DNA of 63,213 nucleotides, filler included, from Octopus bimaculoides (lineage: Eukaryota): NCBI RefSeq assembly GCF_001194135.2. It is 5 parts of 4 records of this genome, joined end to end, with 100 filler letters (N's around TTAATTAATTAA, not from the genome) between each part and the next. Parts side by side here need not be neighbours in the genome. Positions count along the whole stretch, not along the records: positions 1 to 17,948 come from NC_068991.1; positions 18,049 to 48,289 come from NC_068996.1; 3 more parts are not named here. One strand, 5' to 3'. The position numbers were made by a program, and so were the translations under genes. The notes beneath the pieces are model-generated. The model was given only the letters and a program-made list of their open reading frames with translations. It had not been told where the DNA came from and made no database searches. Within the stretch, counting starts at the first letter, position 1, and each line of letters begins with the position of its first letter. Below are positions 12,581-26,623 of the stretch, in pieces.

Positions 12581-13160
12581 TAAAATAGTCGTCAAATCAA
12601 TTGTTTAACTTAATGAAAAGAAAGTTGCATTTTTCAATATCACTTTTCGAGTGGACGAGACCGTAGACTAGAAAATATTCTATGGTACTCTGTCCCCTCT
12701 ACTTACTCTCTGATGTAAATTCTTTGTAGTGTTGGCCTTACTGTTTATCCTTTGTTTCTTAAAAGAAATACTAGCTGGTTAGATTTCATGTTGGTCTTCT
12801 GCAATAATTATATGTCTGCACTAATCTTGGCATCGATATGATGATGCTAATAAAGGAATACATAAAGCGTGTGTTTGTTAGAGGAGGGTAAATTGATTGA
12901 GGATAGAAATGCAGCAAGCAAAATGTGGTGTATTGAGCATTAGAGGGGTCATGACGTCCACTTCATACAATTGGATTGCAGTCTCATTTAAGAATGACTT
13001 TTCTCCAGCATGGTAACAGTTAACTGGCTGGAACTGAGGTTACTAGGTTGGGCTACAAGTAGCAGTTTATACTACTTGCAAGAACTGCACACTATTATTT
13101 AAAAAAAAATTTGGGTTACTTTGTGCTTGATCAGCTAAGTAAGATAGAATCTTTAATTTA

Positions 13161-13202
<42 letters not shown>

Positions 13203-13801
13203 NNNNNNNNNNAGATGAGTGAAGCTATTGTTAACTACATGTAACTCAACAAAATGTGTTGATTGCTACTTTAATTTGTTTGCTCACTTGTGTGTGTACA
13301 CATACCTATTTAAAATCCTGCTAGCAACATTTTCATCAAAGGCTATTATGTGATACAAAACTAGTAAGAGTTATAGGCTTAAAGTTCTGTATCACAAGTA
13401 ACTACATCTGTTACAGAGTTCTGAATTGCATTGACTGTAGTTCAAGAAGTCTTACTGTTTAGGGATGATAAAAAGGAACTAATTATTCTTCTGTGTGAGA
13501 AACAGTTTGGTCTCATTTTAGAAAGAACTTTCCATCAAAAGACTTCTTTTCAACACCATATACATTGAATTTTGTGATTTATTGGGTAAATTTCTTTGGA
13601 TTATCTCCAATTTTCGAGTGTCGATTTAATTAGAGAAATAAAGCTTTCACTTGGAGAAAAGAGTAATATTTCTGAACCATTTGCATACACCTGCAATTTA
13701 AGTGATTGAGTCTGGAATTTATGTAAAGAGTTATTGACTCTGAGCATCTGTGTAGTGATTACATAATTGATCATTGTGTTGATGCTTTTGTTAGTGTTAT
13801 G

Positions 13802-14066
13802 GGCCTTACAAAATCTTTGAACTTAGAAGCAAAGCCTGTTGAATATTTAAAACTTTTTTCTGAAGAAATTTTTGTCAGAATGTGCATTGACATCACAAGG
13901 TATGTACATCAACAAAACAATTTCACTATTACATCAATGGAGATGAAGCTGTATCTTTGAAACCATTTTCTGATGGTAGTTCTGCGGCTTCCAAGTTACA
14001 CAAACTACTGGGACAGAAATTCAGCTTTTGAGACAGGAAATCAATGCCCAAGAATCTACATCATGT
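13802..14066 (+). mobile_element. piggyBac-like transposase fragment in SMEK intron 3
   Basis: With a frameshift and a stop it reads KPVEYLKLFSEEIFVRMCIDITRYVHQQNNFTITSMEMKLYL*NHFLMVVLRLPSYTNYW, the pattern of the N-terminal part of piggyBac/PGBD transposases. Confidence 0.6.
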
Positions 14067-14511
14067 AAATATATGTGAAAATACTTACATATAATTAACT
14101 TACTTGTATTCAACCTATTTGGGCAAGTGAAAGTGATAATGAAAACTGGTAAAAACCCTATTAACAACATGCACTGACAATCATTACACCCTATCACTAA
14201 GTCTCATCTATATTCATTCAATAGTTTTAGTTTTATTTCATGTATACTGAACTAATTGCATTTCCTCAAAATCTTGAGTTTTTAACAGGATTGGAAGGTT
14301 TGTCCTGAGAAAGCTTTACAAGAATTTAAGCATTAATCAACTGTATTTCTTACTTTTCAAAAATAGGTCTCAGTAATAAACCTATTGTCACTAGAGACAA
14401 AAGTTAAGTTTGTTATTTATTGAAGTTTAAGAGGAATAAAATTGGTAGCTCATAAATTAGTCTTAAACTATATTGGGCAATTTTCCAAAATATTGTGAAT
14501 ATGAATATTTG

Positions 14512-14900
14512 TCATCATCATCATTTAGTGTCTGTTTTCCATGTTGGCATGGATTAGACAGTTTGACTGGAACTGGTAAGCCGGAGAGCTGCACCAGGTT
14601 CCTGTCTGTTTTGGCTTGGTTTCTACAGCTGGATGCCCTTCCTAATGCCAACCACTTCAAATGTGTAGTAGGTGCCTTTTACTTGTCACTGACACTGTCC
14701 ATGACTACGATTTCACTTGGCCTGACAAGTCTTCTCAAGCACAGCAAACCACCAAAGGTGTCAATCATTTGTCATCGCCTCTTCGAGACCCAACATCTGA
14801 ACATCATGCTTCGTGACCTTGTCCTGTGTCTTCCTAGGTCTACCTCTTCCACAGATTCCCTCCATAATTAGAGATTGGCACTTTGCGCAGCTGTCCTCGT
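14512..14900 (-). mobile_element. 3' end of an RTE LINE (RT C-terminus, 3' UTR, (GAT)n tail)
   Basis: Minus strand encodes [32 protein letters not shown], the RTE GRPRKTW motif. The UTR matches 3484-3680. Confidence 0.8.
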
Positions 14901-14907
14901 CCATATG

Positions 14908-15005
<98 letters not shown>

Positions 15006-15109
15006 TACATACATACATACATACACATACACATGCAACAGTGTGTAAATCTGTGCAATCTGTTTAGTATTGTGGTGATGCTATAGTCCTCAGTACTAGA
15101 AGTTACATA

Positions 15110-15790
15110 TTGTCAGTGAAAATGCTAAGGGATTGGAAAGATGTTGAGAGAACAGGTAGATTCCGCCCTGACATGTGCCATAAGTCTGAAAATAAGGACT
15201 TGATCTGGTATAACGTTCCCTTCAACTGTGCCATATCCATAAACATATATAGGAAATTTACGACAATTTTAGAAAAAAACTTTCCTGCTTCCCATTGATA
15301 CAACAGAATTCCCGTTAGACAGAATCTTATACTCTATTCTCCCTAATATGGGTACCATCATAGGTTAAATAGAAAGAATATTAAATTAGCAAGAGGTAGT
15401 AATAATAATAATGTTAATGTCAACACTAACTTAATCCCCCCACCTACAATGTGAATAGTAATATTAATGGTGACGTAGAAAATAGAAATGCATTAATAAT
15501 CATTTTTCATCTTTTAGGCTCAAACATAAGGCCAATTTGCATGTCCTTATCTAACAAGATTTGGGAACTGAAGGGAAGTGGAATCGAATTTAACCTTAAA
15601 TAGGATATTATAAGGAAAGCGCAGATAGTCGGTACGGGTGCGAGCTGTGCTCTATGGAAACTTATGAAATTTTTAAGTATAGGGACAAGAGCAACCTGGT
15701 TAATAATAGATTAGACCTAAGGGTATCATGCGTACATAGTGTCACCCCTACATTTAAATATTTTTGAAATTAGCGTTTATAGGTGCTGCA
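15110..15790 (+). mobile_element. Decayed Penelope-like element (RT C-terminal region plus GIY-YIG endonuclease)
   Basis: Successive frames read IWYNVPFNCAISINIYRKFTTILEKNFPASH, ILYSILPNMGTII, NNHFSSFRLKHK, SLSNKIWELKGSGIEFNLK*DIIRKA, C-ALW and LVNNRLDLRVSCVH. This order is typical of GIY-YIG PLEs. Confidence 0.8.
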
Positions 15791-16279
15791 CTTGAACCTG
15801 GACAGGATAAATTAATTTTAGTGTCGTAAATGATATGAACTTACCCACTAGTATTATATATAAGTTATATATTCTTATTATTCTCTATAATTTCTTATTG
15901 TGTTTTCTTATTTTGATATCGTTACCTTATTAACCTCTTATCTCTTATAAGTTATTAATGTTCTTAAAGAGAAATATAAACTTTCTAGTTACTTAAGTCT
16001 AGAAGAGTTGATTATAACATACCAATAATAAAGTACAAATATTTGTGTATATTTGCATTTGTGCACATAGTTAAATATGTGTATTATCTGTGCACAACTC
16101 TTTTTTTCTGATTCTTAGCTTATAACTAATATAAAGATAGCATGATTTATTGCCCCAGTATTCCATAAGTAAATACCCAGAGCAATCTTTATAGAAACCA
16201 CCTTATAAGTAAATAATTAAGTACTGGTATGAATATTAAACTAATTCTATGTAATCTTCCCTTTCTAATGTTGAAAATT

Positions 16280-16318
<39 letters not shown>

Positions 16319-17948
16319 GTACATACATACATACATACATACATACACACAGTTTATCTATTCTGGTTATAATATCATTTTAGTAATCTTAAATTTTATC
16401 TTCATACAACATAACAATATTGTTTATATACAATCATCCATTGTACCCCATGATAATTTCCTCTGTATTAACATCATAGGTTTTATTAGCGTCTTGCCCC
16501 TTTAACTGGTAATTAACATCTTGATTTAGGGTCTTCTGCTACCCAGCCTCCTTTATAGACAATTAATTATACATTTTCTAATATCCTGACAATATTTATG
16601 ATCATACCCAACTATAAACTGTCAACTCACTCTGTCTATCCATTCTAAACAGACACAGTCCTCTAGCCTTAGATTTGGTAGTTGTTAAAAAAAAAAGATT
16701 AATAAATTAAAAGTGAACCACAATCATTTACAAGCTTTGACCCTAACAAACTGCATACAGTTCTTAGAAGTGTAGTATATTCTGAGTCACATTAGTAGCA
16801 ACATGGACTTTCTCCCTCTTCTTGCTCTATTAGAGAATTTGAGTAAAATTATATTAGTGTGTCCAACTGATTAAAAAAATTCTATTTATTTAGCCCTGCA
16901 TTTAAATTGATGTAATGATTCCATTGTTCAATCAAATGGAGCCGCTTGGAACGGTTGTACTGCATCACCTCTTGATATCCTGTTGCTTATTTTAATTTAA
17001 TTTGATTTTATTCACCTTTGAGTTGTACAGATAATACTGCACTAACTTCGTGCTTCAACTTCAGTACCTAATTCAACTGAATTTCAATTATATATATAAG
17101 GAAAATAAGACAAGAAATGCTAAAATAATTTTATATATTCTTCAAGTATATTCTTCAACTAAGAGTAAAATAAAAAAAAACAATTTAATTGGAGAAAAAA
17201 AATTAAGTGAAATGTTAAAACATTTCACTTAATTTTTTCTTATTTTCCTCTTAGCTGAAAAAATCTACAAGTCGGAAACCAGTATTAAAATGTACTTCAT
17301 GATAAAATAATTATAGCATTTACTACTTGTCTCATTTTCCTTATACATATCAACTTCTGTGTTACCTTTTACTTTTTATATATATATATGCCGTAAATAT
17401 TGAGTAAAATTTTAAATGTGTCAGAATTCTTATATATAAATATATTCATTGATATATTGTGTAATTAAAGCAAGTGAAGAATAATTTTATTCTATGTGTT
17501 TATAAGTGTAAAAAATAAAATTATAGTAATAAGTTTTCACCAAATAAATATTTTTTGTATTATAACTCAACTAAAATTATATCGATATATGTAACTTTTT
17601 CATGTATATATATATGTATATAATAATACAAATAATGTGAGTATATGCATATATACGTACATGTATGTACATACCTACATCTACATGTATATATAGATGC
17701 ATATCTGGGTACAGTGGACAGAATAAAAAACAGAACATAAACAGAGCACAGAAAACAAACAGGCCACATAGAGAATATTTCCTTCATCAGCTGCCCCTAT
17801 TCTAAACTAAGCGTTTTGAAGAATATATATATATATATGTGTGTGTGTGTATATATATATGTATGTATATATGTATATATAAATGTATATATATATGTAT
17901 ATATATATATGTGTGTATATATGTATATATATATATATATATGTGTGT

Positions 17949-18048
17949 NNNNNNNNNNNNNNNNNNNNNNNNNNNNNNNNNNNNNNNNNNNNTTAATTAA
18001 TTAANNNNNNNNNNNNNNNNNNNNNNNNNNNNNNNNNNNNNNNNNNNN
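17949..18048. other. Artificial join spacer N44-TTAATTAATTAA-N44
   Basis: Exactly 100 nt; the core has stop codons in all six frames. Identical structure at three other sites. Confidence 0.95.
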
Positions 18049-18089
<41 letters not shown>

Positions 18090-18326
18090 GTATATAAAGA
18101 TGCACACTCACAATTATATAGGTATATATCGATAACTAACGAGGAATTAGCAACGTTCCATCCTGTGTGTGAATTTTCCCTTTGTCCCTTCGTTGTATAT
18201 ACATTGTTATGTGTGAGTGTACGTATTTTTCTATATAGACAATGTGTACATGTTTGTGAATGAGTGTGAATATATGTGAATACCAGCGCCCGCGTGTGTG
18301 CGCGTGCGCAAGTGTGTGTATGTGTG

Positions 18327-18371
<45 letters not shown>

Positions 18372-18427
18372 AACAGAAAGAGAGAGTGGGAGAGATAGTG
18401 AGAACGAGAGAGAGAGAGAGAAAGAGG

Positions 18428-18468
<41 letters not shown>

Positions 18469-18472
18469 ATAA

Positions 18473-18516
<44 letters not shown>

Positions 18517-19559
18517 GGAAGGAGAAAGAGACAATATGCTTTCTCTTTGCAGAAAAGGCTTAAAGTGAAATGAAGAAGATAAAGAGCAAATTAAATAGTC
18601 GAGCATAAATATATCAAATATAGCTGAAAACATGCTGCGTACTGAGTTTTATTTAGGTTCTGCGATGCAAGGCATTTGCAATATAAGATTAGTATTAAAC
18701 ACAGAACACACGTGCAGAGGTGCAAACATACTTGCAAATGTGCATAGAATATAGATATATATATATACATAAGCTTCTCGGTGCACACAGACCAGCAGAT
18801 ACATGTATGTATGTATGTATGTATGTATGTATGTATGTATGTATGTATGAATGTATGTATGTATGTGTGTGTATATTCATGTATTTATGTATGTAAGTGT
18901 GTAGGTATTTTTGTATGTATGTATTTATGCATGTATGTATGTATGTATGTGTGTGTATGTTCATGTATGTTAATGTATTTCATGTAGGTTATGTATGTAT
19001 ATATGTATGTATGAGTGTATTTATGTATGTATGTATGAGTGTGTGTGTATGTGTGTATGTATGTATGTATGCATGCATGTATGTATGCATGCATGCATGT
19101 ATACATGTATGTATGTATGCATGTATGTATGCATGTATGTATNNNNNNNNNNNNNNNNNNNNNNNNNNNNNNNNNNNNNNNNNNNNNNNNNNNNNNNNNN
19201 NNNNNNNNNNNNNNNNNNNNNNNNNNNNNNNNNNNNNNNNNNNNNNNNNNNNNNNNNNNNNNNNNNNNNNNNNNNNNNNNNNNNNNNNNNNNNNNNNNNN
19301 NNNNNNNNNNNNNNNNNNNNNNNNNNNNNNNNNNNNNNNNNNNNNNNNNNNNNNNNNNNNNNNNNNNNNNNNNNNNNNNNNNNNNNNNNNNNNNNNNNNN
19401 NNNNNNNNNNNNNNNNNNNNNNNNNNNNNNNNNNNNNNNNNNNNNNNNNNNNNNNNNNNNNNNNNNNNNNNNNNNNNNNNNNNNNNNNNNNNNNNNNNNN
19501 NNNNNNNNNNNNNNNNNNNNNNNNNNNNNNNNNNNTGTATATATATATATATATAAAAA

Positions 19560-19739
19560 CAAAAGTAAATGAGTATATGCATATATACGTACAGGTATGT
19601 GCATACCGACATCCACCTGTATGTATAGGTGCATATCTGGGTACAGGACATTGCAAACAAACGTAGACGAGAACACACGAGCCACATAGAGAACATTCTA
19701 CTTCATCAGCTACCCACGTTTTAACACCGGCGTTTCGAC

Positions 19740-19740
<1 letters not shown>
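19560..19740. repeat. Unclassified interspersed repeat flanked by (TA)n; second copy at about 17690-17825
   Basis: Both copies share tgcatatctgggtacag...gccacatagagaa.att....cttcatcagct.ccc...gcgttt.ga and abut a TA microsatellite. Confidence 0.7.
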
Positions 19741-19774
<34 letters not shown>

Positions 19775-20440
19775 AAGACAGGTTTCAAAGAAAAAAGACT
19801 ACATATGGCATAAATAGGGGAAAAGTAAAAAGAAAACAAAGAAAATGCACATTAGATATAAAAATTAAGGCTTCACAGTTAGTGATCAGCTCTGACGATA
19901 CCGGTATGACTTTGAATGTCTATAATGATTCTTAATGATTTATACACTTCATAATTGCACATCAAATAATCCAATTGTATGTATATATCATTGTTTTTCG
20001 TTAAAAAAGCCTTTATTTTTTTTATATCCCCCCNNNNNNNNNNNNNNNNNNNNNNNNNNNNNNNNNNNNNNNNNNNNNNNNNNNNNNNNNNNNNNNNNNN
20101 NNNNNNNNNNNNNNNNNNNNNNNNNNNNNNNNNNNNNNNNNNNNNNNNNNNNNNNNNNNNNNNNNNNNNNNNNNNNNNNNNNNNNNNNNNNNNNNNNNNN
20201 NNNNNNNNNNNNNNNNNNNNNNNNNNNNNNNNNNNNNNNNNNNNNNNNNNNNNNNNNNNNNNNNNNNNNNNNNNNNNNNNNNNNNNNNNNNNNNNNNNNN
20301 NNNNNNNNNNNNNNNNNNNNNNNNNNNNNNNNNNNNNNNNNNNNNNNNNNNNNNNNNNNNNNNNNNNNNNNNNNNNNNNNNNNNNNNNNNNNNNNNNNNN
20401 NNNNNNNNNNNNNNNNNNNNNNNNNNNNNNNNNNNNNNNN

Positions 20441-20505
<65 letters not shown>

Positions 20506-21919
20506 TAGAAACAGACAGAGTGCCAGACACAGATTGTGGGTGCAAAGCAGATAGCTACAGTGTGCATTGAGACAAGCAGCAATCAGTTTTATATTAGGTT
20601 ACTTACAGTTTTCGTACCGCGTACGTAAAAGACATACTCATTACAACGCGTATATACATACACATAAGCACGCAGGGCAAATGCATACGATTATATAAGT
20701 TCACGCAAACATAATATACCTGATATATATGTATACATATATATATACACACATGTAAATTTGAATGTGCATGATACAGATGTTTATTGGTGTTTTTGTG
20801 TATTTGCTATAACGTTGGATGAAATATATGTGAATGTGTATGTGAGTATATAATTTTTTCCCTTCCACATTATTTCTGTTGTCTGCTGCAATTGGTCCAC
20901 ATTGTGCACAGTTCACAAAGTAAACCAATCGTTATGTGACAGCTAATTTCCTCCACCCACCTCTCTTTCTTTATTTCTCCCTCCTCTATTTCCCATCACT
21001 CGTTGTATTCTACACAAGTCCAGAAGCTCTGAAACAAACGCAGTCACGCATACACACGTAAGCACAAATGAAACACACACACACAAGCATGTATATATTC
21101 ACTACGCATACCTCTTCCTCGCTCGTTTTCCTTCACTCCTCTTTCTCATACGCCGCACATAGACATACATAGGTACACAATCATACAGATACACAACAGT
21201 ATTTACATACCCATTTTTCTTTATTTCGCTGTCTTTCTCATTCTCTCAAGTTTGTTTCCTTTGTGTCACGTTTCTTACTAATTCTGTTTCAGCTTTTGTC
21301 TCCTCTGCTTGTCTGTTATTCACGTTCACACAAAGAAAGTAGCGTCAATGTAAATGCGTTTGTGTATATTCGCGTATACATATATGTGTACAAAGATACA
21401 TACATACGTACATACATACATACATACATGCATACATAAATGCATAAATACATACACACATACATACATAAATACATACACACATACATACATACATACA
21501 TACATACACACACATACATACATACACACACATACATACATACATACATCATGCATACATATATACATACATGCATACATGCATAAATACATACACACAC
21601 ACATACATACATACACACATACATACATACATACACACATACATACATACATACACACATACATGCATACATACATACATGCATACATACATACATACAG
21701 GCATACATACATACAAATATACATACATACATACATGCATACATACATGCATGCATACATACATGCATAAATACATACATAAATAAATACATACATACAC
21801 ACACACATACATACATACATACATGCATACACGCATACACACACACACACACATACATACATACATACATACATACATACATGCATACACACACACACAT
21901 ATATTCTTTTTTTATCCTT

Positions 21920-22120
21920 CTTTTACACGTTTCTGTCATTCGACTGCGGTCATGTTGCACCACTGCCTTAAAGGGTTTTAGTCGAAGAAATCAACCGCAG
22001 GACTTATTCTTTGTAAGCCTAGTACTTATTTTATCGGTCTGTCTTTCGCCTAACCGCTAGGTTACGGGGACATAAACATACCAACATCGTTTGTGAAGCG
22101 ATTGAGGGGAACAAACACGG
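21920..22120 (-). mobile_element. SINE family A, 3' half
   Basis: tcattcgactgcggtcatg...ttttagtcgaagaaatcaaccgcaggacttattctttgtaagcctagtacttatt...gttacggggacataaac. Confidence 0.8.
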
Positions 22121-22123
22121 ACA

Positions 22124-22185
<62 letters not shown>

Positions 22186-22688
22186 NNNNNNNNNNNNNNN
22201 NNNNNNNNNNNNNNNNNNNNNNNNNNNNNNNNNNNNNNNNNNNNNNNNNNNNNNNNNNNNNNNNNNNNNNNNNNNNNNNNNNNNNNNNNNNNNNNNNNNN
22301 NNNNNNNNNNNNNNNNNNNNNNNNNNNNNNNNNNNNNNNNNNNNNNNNNNNNNNNNNNNNNNNNNNNNNNNNNNNNNNNNNNNNNNNNNNNNNNNNNNNN
22401 NNNNNNNNNNNNNNNNNNNNNNNNNNNNNNNNNNNNNNNNNNNNNNNNNNNNNNNNNNNNNNNNNNNNNNNNNNNNNNNNNNNNNNNNNNNNNNNNNNNN
22501 NNNNNNNNNNNNNNNNNNNNNNNNNNNNNNNNNNNNNNNNNNNNNNNNNNNNNNNNNNNNNNNNNNNNNNNNNNNNNNNNNNNNNNNNNNNNNNNNNNNN
22601 NNNNNNNNNNNNNNNNNNNNNNNNNNNNNNNNNNNNNNNNNNNNNNNNNNNNNNNNNNNNNNNNNNNNNNNNNNNNNNNNNNNNNNNN

Positions 22689-22726
<38 letters not shown>

Positions 22727-23669
22727 GACCAAATCGACCTCACTAAGAGTTTTTGGCTTCCTTTCTTGAAGAACTGTTACTGGGACGTAAACAAACCAAC
22801 ATTCGTTTTCTGGCGGTGGAGTGAACAAATGCAGATGGAAATCCAGTCACATGCCATTTGATCGTGCTGTGGTAATGAATGAAGATACTTCCACAAGATG
22901 CCGTGTGGTGGGACATGAATCCGAAACCATTTGGCCGACAATCGAGCTTCATAACTCTACAGCCAGAACTGCACCTATATATACACACACATGTATGTAT
23001 GTATATGTGTGTTTTTTCTGTATGTGCGTATTTGTGTGTATGTTTGTGTGTGTGTGTGTGAGCGTGTGTTTGTGTATATGCGTGTGTGTGTGTGCATGAA
23101 TGTATTTATGACTATGGTAACATAAAATATGCTTTTCTTTTTCAATTTTATTTCTATAATGAATACCAAATGCTTAAAATATTTGTTAACATTTTGTAAG
23201 GTCTAATGCAATACATTAAGATTGATATACATGCACATACAAGCTTACATACATACTTACATACATTATAACATACATACGTACGTATATACATACATAA
23301 ATACAGACATACGTACGTAAATGCATATATACATGGAAATAAAAGCACACATACTTACATATACAAACATATAATGCATATATACACACACACATATAAC
23401 ACATATATGTGTCCCCTCTGTGTTGGCCCCTTGTGGTCAATAAAAAATCACACATATGTATGTGTGTGTGCAAGTATGTGTGTGTCTATATGTTTCTCGT
23501 GAGTCTGCGTGCGTGTGTTTGCTCGTGTACGTATGCATGCATATATTCTTTTTTTCTTCTACTCTTTTACCTGTTTCAGTCTTTGGACTACGGCCATGCT
23601 GGAGCACCGCCATGAAGGGTTTTAGTCGAACAAGTTGACCACAAGTCTTAAGCTTTGTGAGCATATATA

Positions 23670-23958
23670 GGCGCAGGAGTGGCTGTGTGGTAAGTAGCTT
23701 GCTTACCAACCACATGGTTCCGGGTTCAGTCCCATTGCGTGGAACTTTGGGCAAGTGTCTTCTACTATAGCCTCGGGCCGACCAAAGCCTTGTGAGTGGA
23801 TTTGGTAGACGGAAACTGAAAGAAGCCCGTCGTATATATGTAAATATATATATATATATATATGTGTATGTGTGTTTGTGCGTCTGTGTTTGTCCCGCCC
23901 CCAACATCGATTGACAACCGATGCTGGTGTGTTTACGTCCCCGTAACTTAGCGGTTCG
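23670..23958 (+). mobile_element. SINE family A, well-preserved copy from the tRNA head to an assembly gap
   Basis: ggcgcaggagtggctgtgtggtaagtagcttgcttaccaaccacatggttccgggttcagtccca (A/B-box-like), then body and internal microsatellite. Confidence 0.9.
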
Positions 23959-24324
23959 NNNNNNNNNNNNNNNNNNNNNNNNNNNNNNNNNNNNNNNNNN
24001 NNNNNNNNNNNNNNNNNNNNNNNNNNNNNNNNNNNNNNNNNNNNNNNNNNNNNNNNNNNNNNNNNNNNNNNNNNNNNNNNNNNNNNNNNNNNNNNNNNNN
24101 NNNNNNNNNNNNNNNNNNNNNNNNNNNNNNNNNNNNNNNNNNNNNNNNNNNNNNNNNNNNNNNNNNNNNNNNNNNNNNNNNNNNNNNNNNNNNNNNNNNN
24201 NNNNNNNNNNNNNNNNNNNNNNNNNNNNNNNNNNNNNNNNNNNNNNNNNNNNNNNNNNNNNNNNNNNNNNNNNNNNNNNNNNNNNNNNNNNNNNNNNNNN
24301 NNNNNNNNNNNNNNNNNNNNNNNC

Positions 24325-24640
24325 TGTCATAAATGACCATAGGATTGCACCAAGAAAGTTCCCCTCCGAGGCACAAGTTCGAGCAAGGTTGTTTAAGGAA
24401 GACCAACAGCCACCCAGGCATACCAGCCTCCCCTCTCCACGCCACCGATGTTATCCACGGGAAAGACAAAGGCTAATACAGCTTCACACCAGCGACGCCA
24501 CAATTCATTTCTACAGTTCAGTGAATTGGAGCAACGTGAAATAAAGTGTTTTGCTCAAGAACACAACACGCAGCCCGGACTGAGAATCGAACTAACAACA
24601 TCATCATTGTAACCCCAACACTCTAACCACTGAGACATGC
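24325..24640 (-). mobile_element. SINE family B
   Basis: Contains ggagcaacgtgaaataaagtgttttgctcaagaacacaacacgcagccc and a tRNA-like head on the minus strand. Confidence 0.8.
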
Positions 24641-24689
24641 ACCTTTACTAGGATCCGGTAAAACCTTGTAAATTGATAGGTTTTCTTTT

Positions 24690-25850
24690 CTAGTAGCGGG
24701 CATATTTCATTGCTATCGTGGTCAAACCATCTCTGTGTATCTTTCTATTGGTTCCCAAGATAGTGGCACCCAAATCGCACATCTCATCTTTGAGATTCTT
24801 CTGAGTTCTATCAAAACTAACATTGAACTTGCTTTGCACAAGTTCCAATATATCTGATTGAGCTAATTTATTGATAACAATTCGTTTTGTTTGGTTTTGA
24901 CAATTTATGCAAATTTCCTTACTAATATGAAATTCGACCACAGGCTTTACTAGTTTATGGCCGCTGTCACAGTCTGGGCAATATAAAACACTTACATTAT
25001 ACACGCCTTGCATATCAGACTCTCGAGTGAGGGTAATATAAATCATATTACCTTGCTTTGATCTTGGATATATCCATGGTAATTTTTATGCATTAATTTG
25101 TGCTTGAAAATATATTACTAATGTAACAACCACGTAAGTATATAAACAAACTAACATTTGTTTCTTCTTTTTAGAAGCGTCCAATGTGTATCATACGATA
25201 AAGACAAGAAAATGATGTTTTCAAACGCAATACCACTGTGAAAACAGCAGAAAAATTGGGTATTAATACCTTTACAAGGCCAGCCATCGTATTCCGCCTT
25301 ATAGGGGTAACAATACCCAGTTTTTCTACTTGTTTTAACGGCGATGTTGCGTTCGAAAATATTGACCAAACGCTATGGAGGTCAAGCGAATTTCAAATTT
25401 CAAACTGCCTACCAACTCGAATATTAAAATCTTCAAGAATAAATTTTTCTCGGGTAGATATAACACAAATGGTATTTCTAAGTGATTACTAGATTATAAG
25501 ATTGTATCACCGATTGCCTGAAGACATGTTGCATACACAGAACAAAAAATAGATACATAATGACCTCTTGTCACAGAAATTCATAATTTCAGTATTCGTT
25601 CATTTTTGCTGTATGGCGACTCTAATTATGTAACAGAATGGTTTCCACAGCAAATTCAACACTTCATTTTTTCTAATTCCTCTTTGATTTTCCAATCCAG
25701 AATACCACGAATCTAGATGTTGCTTCTGTCAAATGGTCTTCACTCAAAAATTGGATTTCTGAAAGCGTTACCTGATCTATTTAGAAATGTTGCAGTTTTT
25801 TTAATAGTAATTGAATACAGTAAAATCTTGTACTAAGTCTTTATTGTCTC
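24690..25850 (-). mobile_element. Decayed RTE-clade (BovB-like) LINE, APE endonuclease region
   Basis: Minus-strand pieces read TLSEIQFLSEDHLTE...FVVFWIGKSK...VEFAVET, EDFNIRVGR and PWIYPRSKQGNMIY...PDCDSGHKLVK...LGATILGTNRKIHRD. These align by eye to RTE motifs LSETR, GDFNARVG, TWMHPRSK, DCWTDHRLV and LG---RKH-DW. Confidence 0.75.
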
Positions 25851-26588
25851 ATGTTTCTGATAAACCGTCTTTAGTCACAGTAAGCTAATCACCATACAAG
25901 CAATTGTTATCGTATCTATTCTAGGAACTCATATTTTGAGTAAATTAGTGAGCAGAGCAACTCAGACACAGGAAATTCCGCTGAAGTAATTTCTGTACAT
26001 GAAAACATGACAACGAAGTAAGAATGAGTTTCCAATCAACTTGTGTGAAGATTCACGACTGTGTGCATACAACTGGTTAACTTTGAACATGTTCCCACTT
26101 CTCGATCTCTACAAGATCTCAGTAGATAGACAAGATGAACTCGAAGGAATGAGACGTCTGTACGTCATTGAATTAAACGTATCTCAAATCTCTATGAACC
26201 ACTAGCTGGAATCCAGTGGCAAGTATATTGCAAGATGACTGGTAGCTATAACAACTACATATTTGATTTCAGACTATTTTCTCTTAGACTTTTCCCACCA
26301 AAGGGTACCTTCTAGTCAGTAGGTACTTGAGAGAAATGTTTGCACAGAATTGGATACCTATCGATTGTCAGGAGTTCATCTGCCCTGTAATGGAGATTTT
26401 GTTTTTTTTTATCATGCAGTGTGTGCATACATACATACATACATACATAATTACATACATATATACAGAAATGCATGCATGTATACATACTATACATACA
26501 TGATTTCATACAGACATGCATATGTATATATTGACAATATACATTTAGAGTTATGCCTGAACTAGCATACACAAATATACACGTACAC

Positions 26589-26623
<35 letters not shown>

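Noticed and set aside
16907-16980. Foldable three-stem segment (tgatgta/tgcatca closing two small hairpins) as a snoRNA or tRNA-like RNA
   Set aside because: It has no complete C/D or H/ACA boxes and no tRNA consensus, and such short stems are expected by chance.
17255-17291. Possible SMEK exon 4 (AG...GT, 37 nt)
   Set aside because: It translates LKKSTSRKPVLK rather than VQGKDPS, would shift the frame, and has a weak donor.
15340-17350. Very AT-rich stretch first suspected to be a mitochondrial insertion (NUMT)
   Set aside because: The first part translates to Penelope GIY-YIG motifs in the standard code, and I recognise no mitochondrial gene or rRNA in the rest.
17781-19740. GAAAC...GTT...CTGATGA on the minus strand of two repeat copies (17781-17830 and 19700-19740), as a permuted hammerhead
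   Set aside because: No stem I can be drawn, stem II pairing is poor, and one copy has AAAAC. Kept only as an unclassified repeat.
24690-25046. 118-aa ORF with CPDC...CINC, resembling a novel zinc-finger protein
   Set aside because: It sits in frame order within RTE endonuclease motifs (PRSK, DC-DH-LV, LG---RKH), so it is a decayed LINE and the cysteines are incidental.
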